Positions 26,479 through 36,089 of a DNA stretch of 37,278 bases are shown in pieces. The number at the start of each line of letters is the position of its first letter. Within the stretch, counting starts at the first letter, position 1. The translations under genes were made by a program, and so were the position numbers. The notes under the pieces were generated by a model, which saw only the letters and a list, made by a program, of their open reading frames with translations, searched no databases and was not told the DNA's origin. This stretch comes from Candidatus Rokuibacteriota bacterium (GTDB taxonomy: Bacteria > Methylomirabilota > Methylomirabilia > Rokubacteriales > DASRDR01): assembly GCA_044866005.1 (NCBI GenBank), contig JBIOTN010000166.1, positions 1-37,278 on the forward strand, read 5' to 3'.

Positions 26479-27529
26479 GCGTCGCGTGGACCGGCGCCAG
26501 CTCACGCACCTCGCCCGCCTCGCCCGGATCTTCTGGTCGTACAAGACCGGGGCCAGCCGCGTGCCGCAGCTCCCGGTGCGCCTCTGGCTCGAGTCCACGA
26601 GCCACTGCAACCTGCGCTGCCCCTACTGTCCGAACAAGGACATCCAGAAGCCCGATCACGGCTTCATGGACCTCGGGCTGTTCAAGGAGATCATCGACCA
26701 GGTCGCGGGCCATGCCTACGACGTGAACCTCTTCCACCGCGGCGAGCCCACCATGCACCCGAAGCTCGCGGAGATGGTGGCCTACGCCCGGTCGCGCGGC
26801 CTCTACACGCGGATCCACACGAACGTCACGCTCCTGAACGAGAAGAAGTCGCGGGCGCTCATCGAGGCGGGCCTGGACTTCATGTCCTGCTCCTTCGACG
26901 GTTACGACAAAGAGATGTACGAGCAGAACCGCGTCGGCGCGACATTCGAGTGGGCGCTCGACCATCTGGCGCGCTTCCTCGAGCTCAAGCGCGAGCTCAA
27001 GGCCCGGCGCCCGTTCACCGTGCTCCAGGTGATGGAGATCGGCGCGCCGACCGACCGGGCGGAGCTCCGGCGGGTGCGCCGCCGGTTCCTCGACCGCTTC
27101 CGCGGGCTGCCCCTCGACCGCGTCGTCCTGCGCACCCCTCACAACTGGGCCGGCGACGTCTTCATGCCCGAGCTTTCCCGGGACGCCCTCCTCGCCGACG
27201 GACGCCGGTTCACGCCGTGCACGTTCCTCTGGTACTCCTCGACGGTGTACTGGGACGGCACGGTGACGGCGTGCCCGCAGGACTTCTTCGCCAAGCTCGG
27301 CATGGGCGACCTCAAGAAGAAGCCGCTCCGCGAGATCTGGAACGACGCGCGGCTGGTCGAGCTCCGCACGCGGATGGCGCAGGGCGACGTGCCGAAAGAC
27401 CTCCCCTGCTATACCTGCGATCGGATCTGGCGGCACCAGGTGATGGGCGTGCCGACCGATTACCTCAGGGCCTTCGTCTCCGACCACGTGATGTCGTACG
27501 GGTGGCTCCGGAGGCTCGTGCGACTGTGA
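26477..27529 (+). CDS. Radical SAM protein with SPASM/twitch domain
   Basis: CNLRCPYC (CxxxCxxC), GEP, HTN, SFDG..Y...R.G; C-terminal CTFLW...DG.V..CPQD...G......IWN...CYTC. Confidence 0.9.
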   Translation: MRRVDRRQLTHLARLARIFWSYKTGASRVPQLPVRLWLESTSHCNLRCPYCPNKDIQKPDHGFMDLGLFKEIIDQVAGHAYDVNLFHRGEPTMHPKLAEMVAYARSRGLYTRIHTNVTLLNEKKSRALIEAGLDFMSCSFDGYDKEMYEQNRVGATFEWALDHLARFLELKRELKARRPFTVLQVMEIGAPTDRAELRRVRRRFLDRFRGLPLDRVVLRTPHNWAGDVFMPELSRDALLADGRRFTPCTFLWYSSTVYWDGTVTACPQDFFAKLGMGDLKKKPLREIWNDARLVELRTRMAQGDVPKDLPCYTCDRIWRHQVMGVPTDYLRAFVSDHVMSYGWLRRLVRL

Positions 27530-27531
27530 CC

Positions 27532-27556
27532 CGGAGGGGGGCGGCGCCCCCCTCCG
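27532..27556. repeat. Family B REP-like hairpin
   Basis: CGGAGGGGGGC-GGC-GCCCCCCTCCG, perfect 11-bp stem just after the radical SAM stop codon. Confidence 0.7.
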
Positions 27557-27579
27557 ACGGCCCGCCCGGCTCGAGCCTT

Positions 27580-27660
27580 GGCCGGTCGGATTTCATCTCG
27601 GCCGTGACGCGCTCGGCCGACGGCCTCGCGGCCGTCACGGCCTCGGCGGAGCGACCGGCC
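27580..27660. repeat. Family D nested hairpin
   Basis: 27594-27649 matches 21826-21881 at 49/56; enclosed by an outer stem GGCCGGTCG/CGACCGGCC. Confidence 0.75.
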
Positions 27661-27704
27661 CGGGCCTGCCTCCTCCCAGGCCAGGAAGGAACCGAGTAGG
27701 CCGG

Positions 27705-28895
27705 ATGCGCGTCCTGATGGTGGCGCCGACCCCGTTCTTCGGCGACCGCGGGTGCCACGTGCGGATCCTCGAGGAGATCCGCGCCCTTCGCCCGCTCGGC
27801 GTGGAGGTCCTCGTCGCCACCTACCACCTCGGCCGGGACGTCCCGGAGGCGCCGGTCGTGCGGACCCCCGCCCTTCCCTGGGTCCGGCATCTGCCCGTCG
27901 GCTTCTCGGTCCACAAGCTCTACCTCGATCTGCTGCTCCTGGCGACGGCCGCCCGCGCGGCGCGCCGCTTCCGACCCGACCTCGTCCACGGCCACCTCCA
28001 CGAGGGTGCCGCGCTCGCCCCGGCCGTCGCGCGGCTCGTCGGACGGCCGGCGGTGGCGGATCTCCAGGGCAGCCTGAGCGGCGAGATGGTCGCGCACGGA
28101 GACCTGCCGGCGCGGGGCCCCATGCCCGCCCTGGCGCGGAGGCTCGAGCGCGCGATCGTCCGCTGGCCCGCGCGGCTCCTGCCCTCGTCGAGCAACTTCG
28201 AGCGCGAGCTGCGGGAGCGCTGGGGCGTGGCGCCCGAGCGGATCGTCCCGCTGCCGGACGGGATCGACCCGACGGTCTTCCGCCCGGGGATCCCGGTGGA
28301 CGACCTCCGCCGGCGGCTCGGCCTCGCAGGGAAGCGGGTCGTCGTCTACCTGGGGGTGCTCACCCCGTACCAGGGGATCGACGACCTCCTGGCCGCCTGG
28401 CCGGCGGTGGTGGACGCCGTGCCGGACGCCCATCTCCTCTTGATGGGCCACCCGAACGAGGCGCACTACCGCGCGGAAGTCACGCGCGCGGGCCTCGCGG
28501 CCTCGGTGACGGTCACGGGCCGGATCCCCTACGACGAGACGCCGCGCCACCTGGCCCTGGGTGACGTGGCCGTCAGCCCCAAGCACGCGAGCACGGAGGC
28601 CAACGGGAAGCTGCTCCATTACATGGCCTGCGGGCTGCCCGCGATCGCATACGACGGCCCGGTCTCGCGGGAACTCCTCGGGGAGGCCGGCCTGCTCGTG
28701 CCGATGCGCGACGTGAAGGGCCTGGCCGCCGCCTGCGTCGCGCTCCTCGACGATCCGGGCGAGTGCCGCCGCCGCGGCCGCGCGCTCCGCGAGCGCGTCG
28801 TGGCGGAGTTCGCCTGGCCGGCCCTGGGCCAGCGCCTCCTCGATGTCTATCGCGCCTGCTTGCGGGAGCCATCCGGTCACCGAGCCCGGCGCTAG
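27705..28895 (+). CDS. GT4-family glycosyltransferase
   Basis: MRVLMVAPTPFFGDRGCHVRI, HGHLHEG, YLGVL..YQGID, SPK...TEANGKLLHYMACGLP. Confidence 0.88.
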   Translation: MRVLMVAPTPFFGDRGCHVRILEEIRALRPLGVEVLVATYHLGRDVPEAPVVRTPALPWVRHLPVGFSVHKLYLDLLLLATAARAARRFRPDLVHGHLHEGAALAPAVARLVGRPAVADLQGSLSGEMVAHGDLPARGPMPALARRLERAIVRWPARLLPSSSNFERELRERWGVAPERIVPLPDGIDPTVFRPGIPVDDLRRRLGLAGKRVVVYLGVLTPYQGIDDLLAAWPAVVDAVPDAHLLLMGHPNEAHYRAEVTRAGLAASVTVTGRIPYDETPRHLALGDVAVSPKHASTEANGKLLHYMACGLPAIAYDGPVSRELLGEAGLLVPMRDVKGLAAACVALLDDPGECRRRGRALRERVVAEFAWPALGQRLLDVYRACLREPSGHRARR

Positions 28896-31800
28896 CCTCC
28901 CGCGGTTCGGGCTGAGGAGCGGCCTCGGCGTCTTCGTCGCCTTCTTCCTCCTCGGCCTCGTCTACACCGCGCCGCTCCTCCTGCACCTCGCCGACGCCCT
29001 GCCGTTCACGGCGGTCCCGCCCCAGGGGCGCGAGCGTCTCTGGCGGACCGAAGGGGACTACCTGCAGTTCTACTATTACCTCTGGCTCGTCCGGGACCGG
29101 CTCCTCTCCGGCGCCTCGTTCCACCGCGATCCCTACCAGTTCGCGGTGGACGGGCCACGGCTCAACCTCCCGAACACCTTCCTGCCGTTCGCCCTCCTCT
29201 TCCTGCCGCTCTCCGCCGCCGGTCCGCGCCTGGGCTACAACCTCCTGGTGCTCCTCTCGTTCCCCTTCGCCGGCCTCGCCGCCACGCTGCTCGCGCACCG
29301 CTACGGGCTCGACCGCTGGGCCGCCACGGTGGCCGGGGCCGTCTTCGCCTGCGCCCCGTACCGCGTCGGCGCGCTGCTGGGCGGTCATCCCGCGGGGCTC
29401 GCGTACTTCCTCGTGCCCCTCGCCGTGTGGGGGCTGGAAGGCGCGCTGGCGGGCGCCCTGGGGGGCGCCGCGTGGTGCGCGGTCGGTCTCGTGTCGCTGG
29501 CCATCGTGGAGCCGCACTTCTTCTACTTCGCCGCGCTCGGCCTGCCGCTCTATCTCCTGGCGCGCGCGGGGCCGGCGACGCTCGACCCGGCGACGCTGCG
29601 CGTGGGCGGCGCGACCTGGGCGGTGGCCCTCGCCGTGGCCGCGGCACCGGCGTGGGGGGTCCTCGCGGCGCTCGAGCGGGACGGCTGGGACGCCACGCCT
29701 GCCGCGCGCGTCGCGCTCGGCCTCGGCGTCGGGCTCGGCGTGCTCGGGCTCTGGCAGTGCACGGCAGGCTGGCTGCGGGCGGCCGGGAGCGCCGCCGACG
29801 GGCGTGCGGCGGCGCGGCGGAGCCTCCTCGCCTATCTGCCGTGGCTGGGGACGGCGGCGGCGCCCGTCCTGGGCCGGCCGTGGCTCGTCCTGCTGGTCGC
29901 GCTGCCCGTGGTGGTCCACGTCGCCTGGCTCGCGCCGGCGTGGCCGCGCCGGCGGCGCAGGCTCGCGCCGCTCGCGCTCGTCGGCGTGGGCGCCGGCGCA
30001 GGCGTGGGGTTTCTCCTGCTCCTCCGCCGGCTCCTCCTGACCCGCTCCGTCTCGGGCGCCGGCCGGTCCCTGCACGAGGTCCTGCTCTTCTCGCCCGAGC
30101 CGGGGGACCTCCTCGTCCGGGCGAACCCGTTCTCGCACCGCGCCATCTACCTCGGCCTGCTGCCGGTCGCGCTCGCCCTGGCCGGGGGCCTCGCGGCCTG
30201 GCTCGGGTGGCCGGGGGCGCGGCGGCGGATCCTGCTCGTCTTCGCTCCGCTGCTGGTCCTGAGCGCGGCCCTCTCGCTCGGCCCCCGCCTGCCGGGCCTC
30301 CCGCTCTTCGAGGCATTCTTCTACCGGGTGCCGTTCTGGAACTTCATCCGGCAGCCGGCGAAGCTCCAGGTCCTCGCGAGCCTCGCCCTGGCGATCCTGG
30401 CCGCCTCCGGCACGGCCGCGCTGGCGGGCCGGCTCGGCGCCGGCTGGCGGCGCGCCGCGCTCGCCGTCCTCGTCGCCCTCCTGGTCGCCGCGGAGTATCA
30501 TCCCTGGCGGCCCACCGGCCTGAGCCTCTTGCCGACGGGCGGCGCGGCGTACGCCGCGATCCGCGCGACCGGCCCGCGCGCGCTCTACCTCCCGCTCTGG
30601 CCGGGGGACAGCGCGTTCTCGGCCCTCTACCTCTACAGCACGACGCTGACCCGGGTCCCCATGCTGAACGGCTACTCCGCCTGGATCGACCGGCGCTACG
30701 TGACGGACGTCTACGGCGCCCTCCAGGCGCTCAACGTCGGCGCGGTCGGCGAGGCGGAGTACGCGGCCCTCCGGCGGCACGGCGTCCAGCAGGTCGTCCT
30801 CGACCGGGACGCCTTTCCGCTGAAGGTGAGCCCGTTCGGGCCGGCGTTCACGCTGGCGGGGCTCGAGCGCTCGCCCTTTCTCGACCGCGTGAGCGCGCCG
30901 GGGCAGGAGCACGCCCTGTGGGTGTTCCGGGTCCGCGAGGGCCCGGGAGCGGCCCGCGGCGGCGCCCCCCGCAGTCCGCTCGGCATCCACTGGGAGGCCG
31001 AGTCCCTCGCGCGGGAGACCGGGCAGGTCACGGCGGATCCCGAGGCCTCGAACGGTCGCGTGGTCGTCGCCCGGGCGGGGCGCGACCGGCCGGGCTTCGT
31101 CACCTTCGGGCCGTACCGGCTGCTTCCCGCGGGGCCCTTCCGCGCGACCTTCCGCTTGCGGGGCGAGGCGACCGAGGCCGAGGTCCAGGTGACGGCGGCG
31201 GGCGGACGACGCGTCCTCGGGATGCGACCGGCGCGGCCGGCCGGGGGTCCGCTCGAGGAGGTCGCGGTGCCTTTCACCCTGGACGCCCCGGCCGCGGTGG
31301 AGTACCGCGTGAAGTGGGACGGCCGAGGCTGGATCGCCGTGGACGCGGTCGCGGCGGCCTTCGCCGACGTGCCGGACCCGGCCCCGGCCTTCGAGGTCGA
31401 GGCGCTCGGCCACGAGCTCGCCGAGCGGGCCGACCCCGGCGCCAGCGGCGGGCTTGTCGCCTATGCCGATCCCGAGCGGGCGCCGCGCGGGCGGGTGTGG
31501 CAAGGGCCCTTCCGCGCCTATCCGGCCGGCCGCTATCGGCTCTGGGTCCGGCTCAAGCTCGATCGGCCCATCGCGGGGGCCTTCGCCTGGTGCGGCGCGC
31601 AGGCGGCCTCCCTCGGCCCGATGGCGGGCGGTCGCGAGCTGGCCGGCGGCGAGGTCCCGGCCCCCGGGCAGTGGGTCGAGCTCGCGGTCCCGTTCGTGCT
31701 GGCGCGGCCGACGGTCCTGGAGTTCCCCTGCCTCTATGGAGGACGGGTCGGCGTGTCGTTCGACCGGCTGCGGATCGAGGGGCCGCTCGCGGCGGGATGA
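28843..31800 (+). CDS. Large multi-pass membrane protein, putative GT-C glycosyltransferase with C-terminal CBM-like beta-sandwich repeats
   Basis: GDYLQFYY after TM1, YNLLVLLSF, many TM helices, IRQPAK, TRVPMLNGYS; C-terminal WEAESL..ASNG and FEVEAL..ASGG repeats. Start uncertain. Confidence 0.7.
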   Translation: MSIAPACGSHPVTEPGASLPRFGLRSGLGVFVAFFLLGLVYTAPLLLHLADALPFTAVPPQGRERLWRTEGDYLQFYYYLWLVRDRLLSGASFHRDPYQFAVDGPRLNLPNTFLPFALLFLPLSAAGPRLGYNLLVLLSFPFAGLAATLLAHRYGLDRWAATVAGAVFACAPYRVGALLGGHPAGLAYFLVPLAVWGLEGALAGALGGAAWCAVGLVSLAIVEPHFFYFAALGLPLYLLARAGPATLDPATLRVGGATWAVALAVAAAPAWGVLAALERDGWDATPAARVALGLGVGLGVLGLWQCTAGWLRAAGSAADGRAAARRSLLAYLPWLGTAAAPVLGRPWLVLLVALPVVVHVAWLAPAWPRRRRRLAPLALVGVGAGAGVGFLLLLRRLLLTRSVSGAGRSLHEVLLFSPEPGDLLVRANPFSHRAIYLGLLPVALALAGGLAAWLGWPGARRRILLVFAPLLVLSAALSLGPRLPGLPLFEAFFYRVPFWNFIRQPAKLQVLASLALAILAASGTAALAGRLGAGWRRAALAVLVALLVAAEYHPWRPTGLSLLPTGGAAYAAIRATGPRALYLPLWPGDSAFSALYLYSTTLTRVPMLNGYSAWIDRRYVTDVYGALQALNVGAVGEAEYAALRRHGVQQVVLDRDAFPLKVSPFGPAFTLAGLERSPFLDRVSAPGQEHALWVFRVREGPGAARGGAPRSPLGIHWEAESLARETGQVTADPEASNGRVVVARAGRDRPGFVTFGPYRLLPAGPFRATFRLRGEATEAEVQVTAAGGRRVLGMRPARPAGGPLEEVAVPFTLDAPAAVEYRVKWDGRGWIAVDAVAAAFADVPDPAPAFEVEALGHELAERADPGASGGLVAYADPERAPRGRVWQGPFRAYPAGRYRLWVRLKLDRPIAGAFAWCGAQAASLGPMAGGRELAGGEVPAPGQWVELAVPFVLARPTVLEFPCLYGGRVGVSFDRLRIEGPLAAG

Positions 31801-34277
31801 GGCCCGCCCCGCCGAAGTCGGGACCCCACGCGACGGCCCTCGCGCTCGCCGCGGGCCTCCTCCTGGCCGGGCTCGTCGTGTCGCGCCCGCTCGCCCGCGA
31901 GTGGGCGGAGGGGCTTCCCCTCACCGCGCGCGCGCCGGCCGATCGGGCCGTCCTCACGTACGCCGCGGGCGACACGCTCCAGCTCTACTACCAGCTCTGG
32001 CTCGCGCGCGACGGACTCGGGGGGGCGACCCCGCCCTTCACGGACCCGTACCAGTTCCGGGTGGACGGCCCGCGCTGGAACCTGCCCCAGAGCTTTCTCC
32101 CGCTCGCCCTCCCGTTCCTGCTGCTGAGCCCGCTCGGCTCCCACGCCGCCTACAACCTCCTCGTCCTGCTCTCGTTCCCGGCCGCCGGGCTCGCGGCGTA
32201 TGCCCTGGTCCGGCGCCATGGCCTCGCCGGCCCCGCGGCCGCGGCGGCGGGCCTGGCGTATGCCCTGGTCCCCGCGCGGCTCGGCCCGCTCTTCGGCGGC
32301 CAGCCGGCCGGCTTCGCGGCGGCCGCCGTGCCGCTGGTCCTCTGGGGTCTGGACGGGGCGCTCGTGGGCGGGCGGTTCCGCGACGGCCTGCTGGGCGGCG
32401 GCGCGTTCCTCGCCCTCGCCATGCTCGAGCCCCACTACACGTACCTGACGGCCGCGTTGCTCGTCGCGTACGCGCCGCTCCGCTGGCTGACCGCCCCGCC
32501 TCCGCGGCGCCTGGCGGGGATGCCGCTGCTGGCCTTCGCCCTCCTGGCCGCCGCGGGCGCCGGCTGGCTCCTGATGCTGCGCCAGGCCTTCCTCGTCGGC
32601 TCGATCGCCGAGCCGGGGCGCGGGCTCGCCGAGGTCCGCCTCTTCTCGCCGGGCCCCGCGGCCCTGCTGGGGCCCGAGACGTACGGCGGCCTCGGGCTCG
32701 CCGCCCTCACCCTCGCGGGCGTGCTCCTGGCGCGCGAGGCGCCGGCGCTCCGCCTCTTCTACGGCGCCGTCGGGGCGGCCGGCCTGATCCTGAGCCTCGG
32801 CCCGACGCTCCCGGGTGTCCCGCTCTACCAGGCGCTCCACCGCTGGGCGCCGCTCTTCGGGCTGATCCGCAACCCCGAGAAATTTCGCCTCTTCGTGAGC
32901 CTGGGAGCGGCCGTGCTCGCCGGCTTCGGCGTCGCCGCGCTGACGCGGCGCCTCCCGCCGCGGCGGGGCCGCGCGGCCGGCCTGCTCCTCCTCGCCGCGA
33001 TCGCGCTCGGGAGCGCGCCGTGGCACGGCATCGCGGTCACGCGCTTGCCGGACAGCCCGGCGTTCGCGGCGCTCCGGGAGCAGGCCCGTCGGGTCCTCTA
33101 CCTCCCGATCTGGCCCGGGGACAGCGCGGAGTCGGCCGCATACCTCCACCACGTGACCCGCACGCGCGTGCCGATGGTGAACGGCTACTCGCCGCTCGTG
33201 CCGCGCCAGTACGTCACGGACGTCTTCGAGCCCCTCCAGGGCCTGAACGCCGGCGATCTCGGCGCGAGCGAGCTCACCCTCCTCCGCCGGCTCGGGGTCA
33301 CGCACCTCGTGCTCGACCGCGCCGTGTTCCCGCCCAAGGCGAGCCCGTTTCCCTCCGCCCTCACCCGCGACCGGCTGCGCGCCTCCCCCGCCGTGGCGGT
33401 CGAGCGCGCCGCGGAGCCGTTCTGGGTCTTCCGCCTGACCGACCGCCCCGCGGAGGCAGGCCCGCGCCCGACCTCGCCCGTCGGCGTCTTCTTCGAGGCC
33501 GAGGCGCTCCTCCGGGAGACCGGCGCCGTCGTGGCCGACGCGGCCGCCTCCGGCGGCCAGGTCGTCGCCGCGCGCGCGGGCGCCGCGCGGCCCGGGTTCC
33601 TCGTCTTCGGCCCCTATCGGCTGCTGCCGGCCGGGACGTACCGCGCCACCTTCCGCGTCCGCGGGGCAGGGCTCGCCCTCGACATCGCCGCGGAGCGGGG
33701 CCAGCGCCGGATCGCCGAGCGAGTCACGGCCCCGACTGCGGAGTGGACCGACGTCGCCCTCGACTTCGCCCTCGAACGCGCGCGGCCCGTCGAGTTCCGG
33801 GTCCGGTGGGACGGCCGGGGCGACGCCGCCGTGGACTGGGTGCTCGTCGTGTTCGCCGAGCGGCCGGACCCGGAGTGGGCCTTCGAGGTCGAGGCGCTGC
33901 CCCACCAGCTCGTCGGCGAGCGGGCGGACTCCGCCGCCTCGGGCGGCGTCGCCGCCTACGCCGACCCGGTCGAGAGCCGACGGATCCCGCTCGTGACCGG
34001 GCCCGCCCGGCGTTATCCCCCGGGACGCTACCGCGTCGTACTGCGCGCGCGCGCGGCCGGGCCGGCCGCGGGCCCCCTCCTGCGGCTCACCGTCACCGAG
34101 CCCGCCGGCCGGGTCCTGGCGGCCCGGACCGTCCAGGCGGCCGAGCTGCCGCCGGGGGCCTACCGCGAGGTCGCGCTCGCCTTCACGCTCTCCCGGGCCG
34201 CCGTGATCGAGTGCCCGGTCGAGTACCTGGGCGCGACGGGCGTCTACTTCGACCGGCTGGCGGTGGTCCCGGAGTGA
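31797..34277 (+). CDS. Paralogous large multi-pass membrane protein, putative GT-C glycosyltransferase with CBM-like repeats
   Basis: GDTLQLYY, DPYQFRVDGP, YNLLVLLSF, EPH, IRNPEK, WPGDSA, TRVPMVNGYS, FEAEAL..ASGG; ATGA overlap with the upstream paralogue. Confidence 0.72.
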   Translation: MRPAPPKSGPHATALALAAGLLLAGLVVSRPLAREWAEGLPLTARAPADRAVLTYAAGDTLQLYYQLWLARDGLGGATPPFTDPYQFRVDGPRWNLPQSFLPLALPFLLLSPLGSHAAYNLLVLLSFPAAGLAAYALVRRHGLAGPAAAAAGLAYALVPARLGPLFGGQPAGFAAAAVPLVLWGLDGALVGGRFRDGLLGGGAFLALAMLEPHYTYLTAALLVAYAPLRWLTAPPPRRLAGMPLLAFALLAAAGAGWLLMLRQAFLVGSIAEPGRGLAEVRLFSPGPAALLGPETYGGLGLAALTLAGVLLAREAPALRLFYGAVGAAGLILSLGPTLPGVPLYQALHRWAPLFGLIRNPEKFRLFVSLGAAVLAGFGVAALTRRLPPRRGRAAGLLLLAAIALGSAPWHGIAVTRLPDSPAFAALREQARRVLYLPIWPGDSAESAAYLHHVTRTRVPMVNGYSPLVPRQYVTDVFEPLQGLNAGDLGASELTLLRRLGVTHLVLDRAVFPPKASPFPSALTRDRLRASPAVAVERAAEPFWVFRLTDRPAEAGPRPTSPVGVFFEAEALLRETGAVVADAAASGGQVVAARAGAARPGFLVFGPYRLLPAGTYRATFRVRGAGLALDIAAERGQRRIAERVTAPTAEWTDVALDFALERARPVEFRVRWDGRGDAAVDWVLVVFAERPDPEWAFEVEALPHQLVGERADSAASGGVAAYADPVESRRIPLVTGPARRYPPGRYRVVLRARAAGPAAGPLLRLTVTEPAGRVLAARTVQAAELPPGAYREVALAFTLSRAAVIECPVEYLGATGVYFDRLAVVPE

Positions 34278-34296
34278 GCGGGGCGCGCGATCAGGC

Positions 34297-34325
34297 TTGA
34301 GCGCTGCCGGCGTGCCCGCTATAAT
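34297..34325 (+). promoter_or_regulatory. Near-consensus sigma70 promoter
   Basis: TTGAGC (34297-34302), 17-bp spacer, TATAAT (34320-34325). Confidence 0.7.
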
Positions 34326-34407
34326 GACGCGCCGGGTCGGGCCCTCGCGCGGCTCGCTCCGGCCGGCGGACGGAAGCGGCACCGACGCGACTGCGAGGGG
34401 CTCAGGG

Positions 34408-34872
34408 ATGATCGACGGCGCCAAGGTGATCGACCTCGTGACGCACGAGGACGACCGCGGCTACCTCGTCGAGATCGCGCGCCACGCGAGCGATGCCGAG
34501 CCGCACGCGGTCGTCCACCGGTTCGGCCAGGTCTACCTGGTCGGGAACCCCGCCCGCGGCAGCATCCGGGCCTTCCACAAGCACGGCGAGCTCTGGGACT
34601 GGTTCTTCATCAGCCACGGGAGCGCGAAGTTCGTCCTCAAGGACGACCGGCCGGAGAGCCCGACCTACGGGGAGATGGTGACGATCGTGGCGAGCGCCCG
34701 GAAGCCCCGGCTGATCGTCGTGCCCCCCGGCGTCTACCACGGCTGGATGTCGCTCGAAGACGACACCCAGATGGTGAGCACCGCGAGCCACACCTACAAC
34801 CGGGAGAAGCCGGACGAGGTCCGCATCCCGCCGGACGCCTTCGGAGACGTGTGGACGGTGAGGGGCCGCTAG
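34408..34872 (+). CDS. RmlC-like cupin (nucleotide-sugar epimerase/isomerase)
   Basis: MIDG.KV.DL..HEDDRG, FGQVY, RAFHKH, DDRPESPTYG, VPPGVYHGW, YNREKPDE.R; ATG 34408 preferred over the track's TTG 34297, which is the -35 box. Confidence 0.85.
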   Translation: MIDGAKVIDLVTHEDDRGYLVEIARHASDAEPHAVVHRFGQVYLVGNPARGSIRAFHKHGELWDWFFISHGSAKFVLKDDRPESPTYGEMVTIVASARKPRLIVVPPGVYHGWMSLEDDTQMVSTASHTYNREKPDEVRIPPDAFGDVWTVRGR

Positions 34873-34880
34873 GGCGTCAG

Positions 34881-34955
34881 CGGGGGGCGCTGCCCCTCGC
34901 CGATGTCTCCCCCCGGGAAGGTTGCCCCGGCGAAGCCGGCGCGCGGAGCGCTTCG
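34881..34955 (+). repeat. Degenerate family B element
   Basis: CCGAT..CTCCCCC..GGTTGC..CGAAGCCG.CGCGCGG.GCGCTTCG is shared with the reverse complement of 17861-17938. Confidence 0.55.
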
Positions 34956-35028
34956 GTGCGGGGCGTGAGGCGTTTCTTCGGGCGGGCGACCTGTTGCCGC
35001 GACGTCTGGACGGTCAGGAGGCGCTAGC

Positions 35029-36084
35029 GTGGCGAAGATTCTGGTCGTGGGCGGGGCGGGGTACGTCGGCGCGGTGCTGACCGAGGAGCTCCTCGGCCGG
35101 GGCTACGCGGTGAAGGTCCTCGACCGCCTCTACTACGGCGACGACGGACTCCGTGCCGTCCGCGATCGCATCGAGCTCGTGGTCGCCGACATGCGGACGG
35201 TGGGGCCCGACGTGCTCGACGGCGTGGACGCCGTCGTGAACGTCGGCGGCCTGTCGAACGACCCGACCGCCGAGTACAATCCGCAGGCGAACCACGAGAT
35301 GAATACGGTCGCGCCCGTCCAGCTCGCGCGCTTCTGCAAGGCGCGGGGCGTGCGCCGGTACGTCTGCGCCTCCTCGTGCTCGATCTACGACCGCGGATCG
35401 CTCCACGAGCAGGCGGACGTCGTCCAGGACGAGACGTTCCCGGTCGCCCCGCGGGCGCCCTACTCCCGCTCGAAGTACGAGGCAGAGCGCGCGCTGCTCC
35501 CGATGGCGGACGCGAGCTTCTGCCCGGTGCTCCTGCGCAAGGGGACCGTCTACGGCTTCTCGCCCCGCATGCGCTACGACCTGGTCGTCAACACCTTCGT
35601 GAAGGACGCCCTCACGCGCGGGGTCCTCACCCTCCACCACGGCGGGGAGATGTGGCGGCCGCTCGTCGACGTGCGCGACGCCGCGCGCGCCTACATCGCG
35701 TGCCTCGAGGCGGAGGAGGAGAAGGTCCGGGGCCAGATCTTCAACTGGGCGTTCCAGAACGTGCGCGTCTCGGAGCTGGCGCTCCGGGTCCGTGAGGCCC
35801 TCCGCCAGGTCGGGATCCACGTGGACCTCCGCCCGGACTACGGTTACAAGGGGATCCGCAGCTACCGGGTCTCCGCCGAGAAGATCCAGCAGGTGCTGGG
35901 CGTCCAGCCCAAGGTGAGCGTCGAAGAGTCCGTCGTGGACATGGTCGAGCGCATCCGGAGCGGCAGCGACACGGACTTCGACCACCCGCGGTACTACAAC
36001 ATCCGCTGGATGCAGCTCCTCGAGGAGGCCCAGCGGACGATCGCGATCACCGGCACCGTCTTCGACGCCCCGCCGGGGGGCTGA
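35029..36084 (+). CDS. NAD-dependent nucleotide-sugar epimerase/dehydratase (extended SDR)
   Basis: ILVVGGAGYVG, GLSNDP, SSCSIY, YSRSK (YxxxK), GTVYGFSPRMRYDLVVN, WRPLVDV.D; SD AGGAGG. Confidence 0.9.
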   Translation: MAKILVVGGAGYVGAVLTEELLGRGYAVKVLDRLYYGDDGLRAVRDRIELVVADMRTVGPDVLDGVDAVVNVGGLSNDPTAEYNPQANHEMNTVAPVQLARFCKARGVRRYVCASSCSIYDRGSLHEQADVVQDETFPVAPRAPYSRSKYEAERALLPMADASFCPVLLRKGTVYGFSPRMRYDLVVNTFVKDALTRGVLTLHHGGEMWRPLVDVRDAARAYIACLEAEEEKVRGQIFNWAFQNVRVSELALRVREALRQVGIHVDLRPDYGYKGIRSYRVSAEKIQQVLGVQPKVSVEESVVDMVERIRSGSDTDFDHPRYYNIRWMQLLEEAQRTIAITGTVFDAPPGG

Positions 36085-36089
36085 GCCCG

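Noticed and set aside
963..34424. Many long antisense or alternate-frame ORFs (e.g. 963..3338, 3400..5730, 22404..25496, 28573..31503, 31454..34300, 31734..34424)
   Set aside because: They are Arg/Gly/Pro/Ala-rich shadows of real genes, expected from stop-codon scarcity at very high GC, and have no recognisable motifs.
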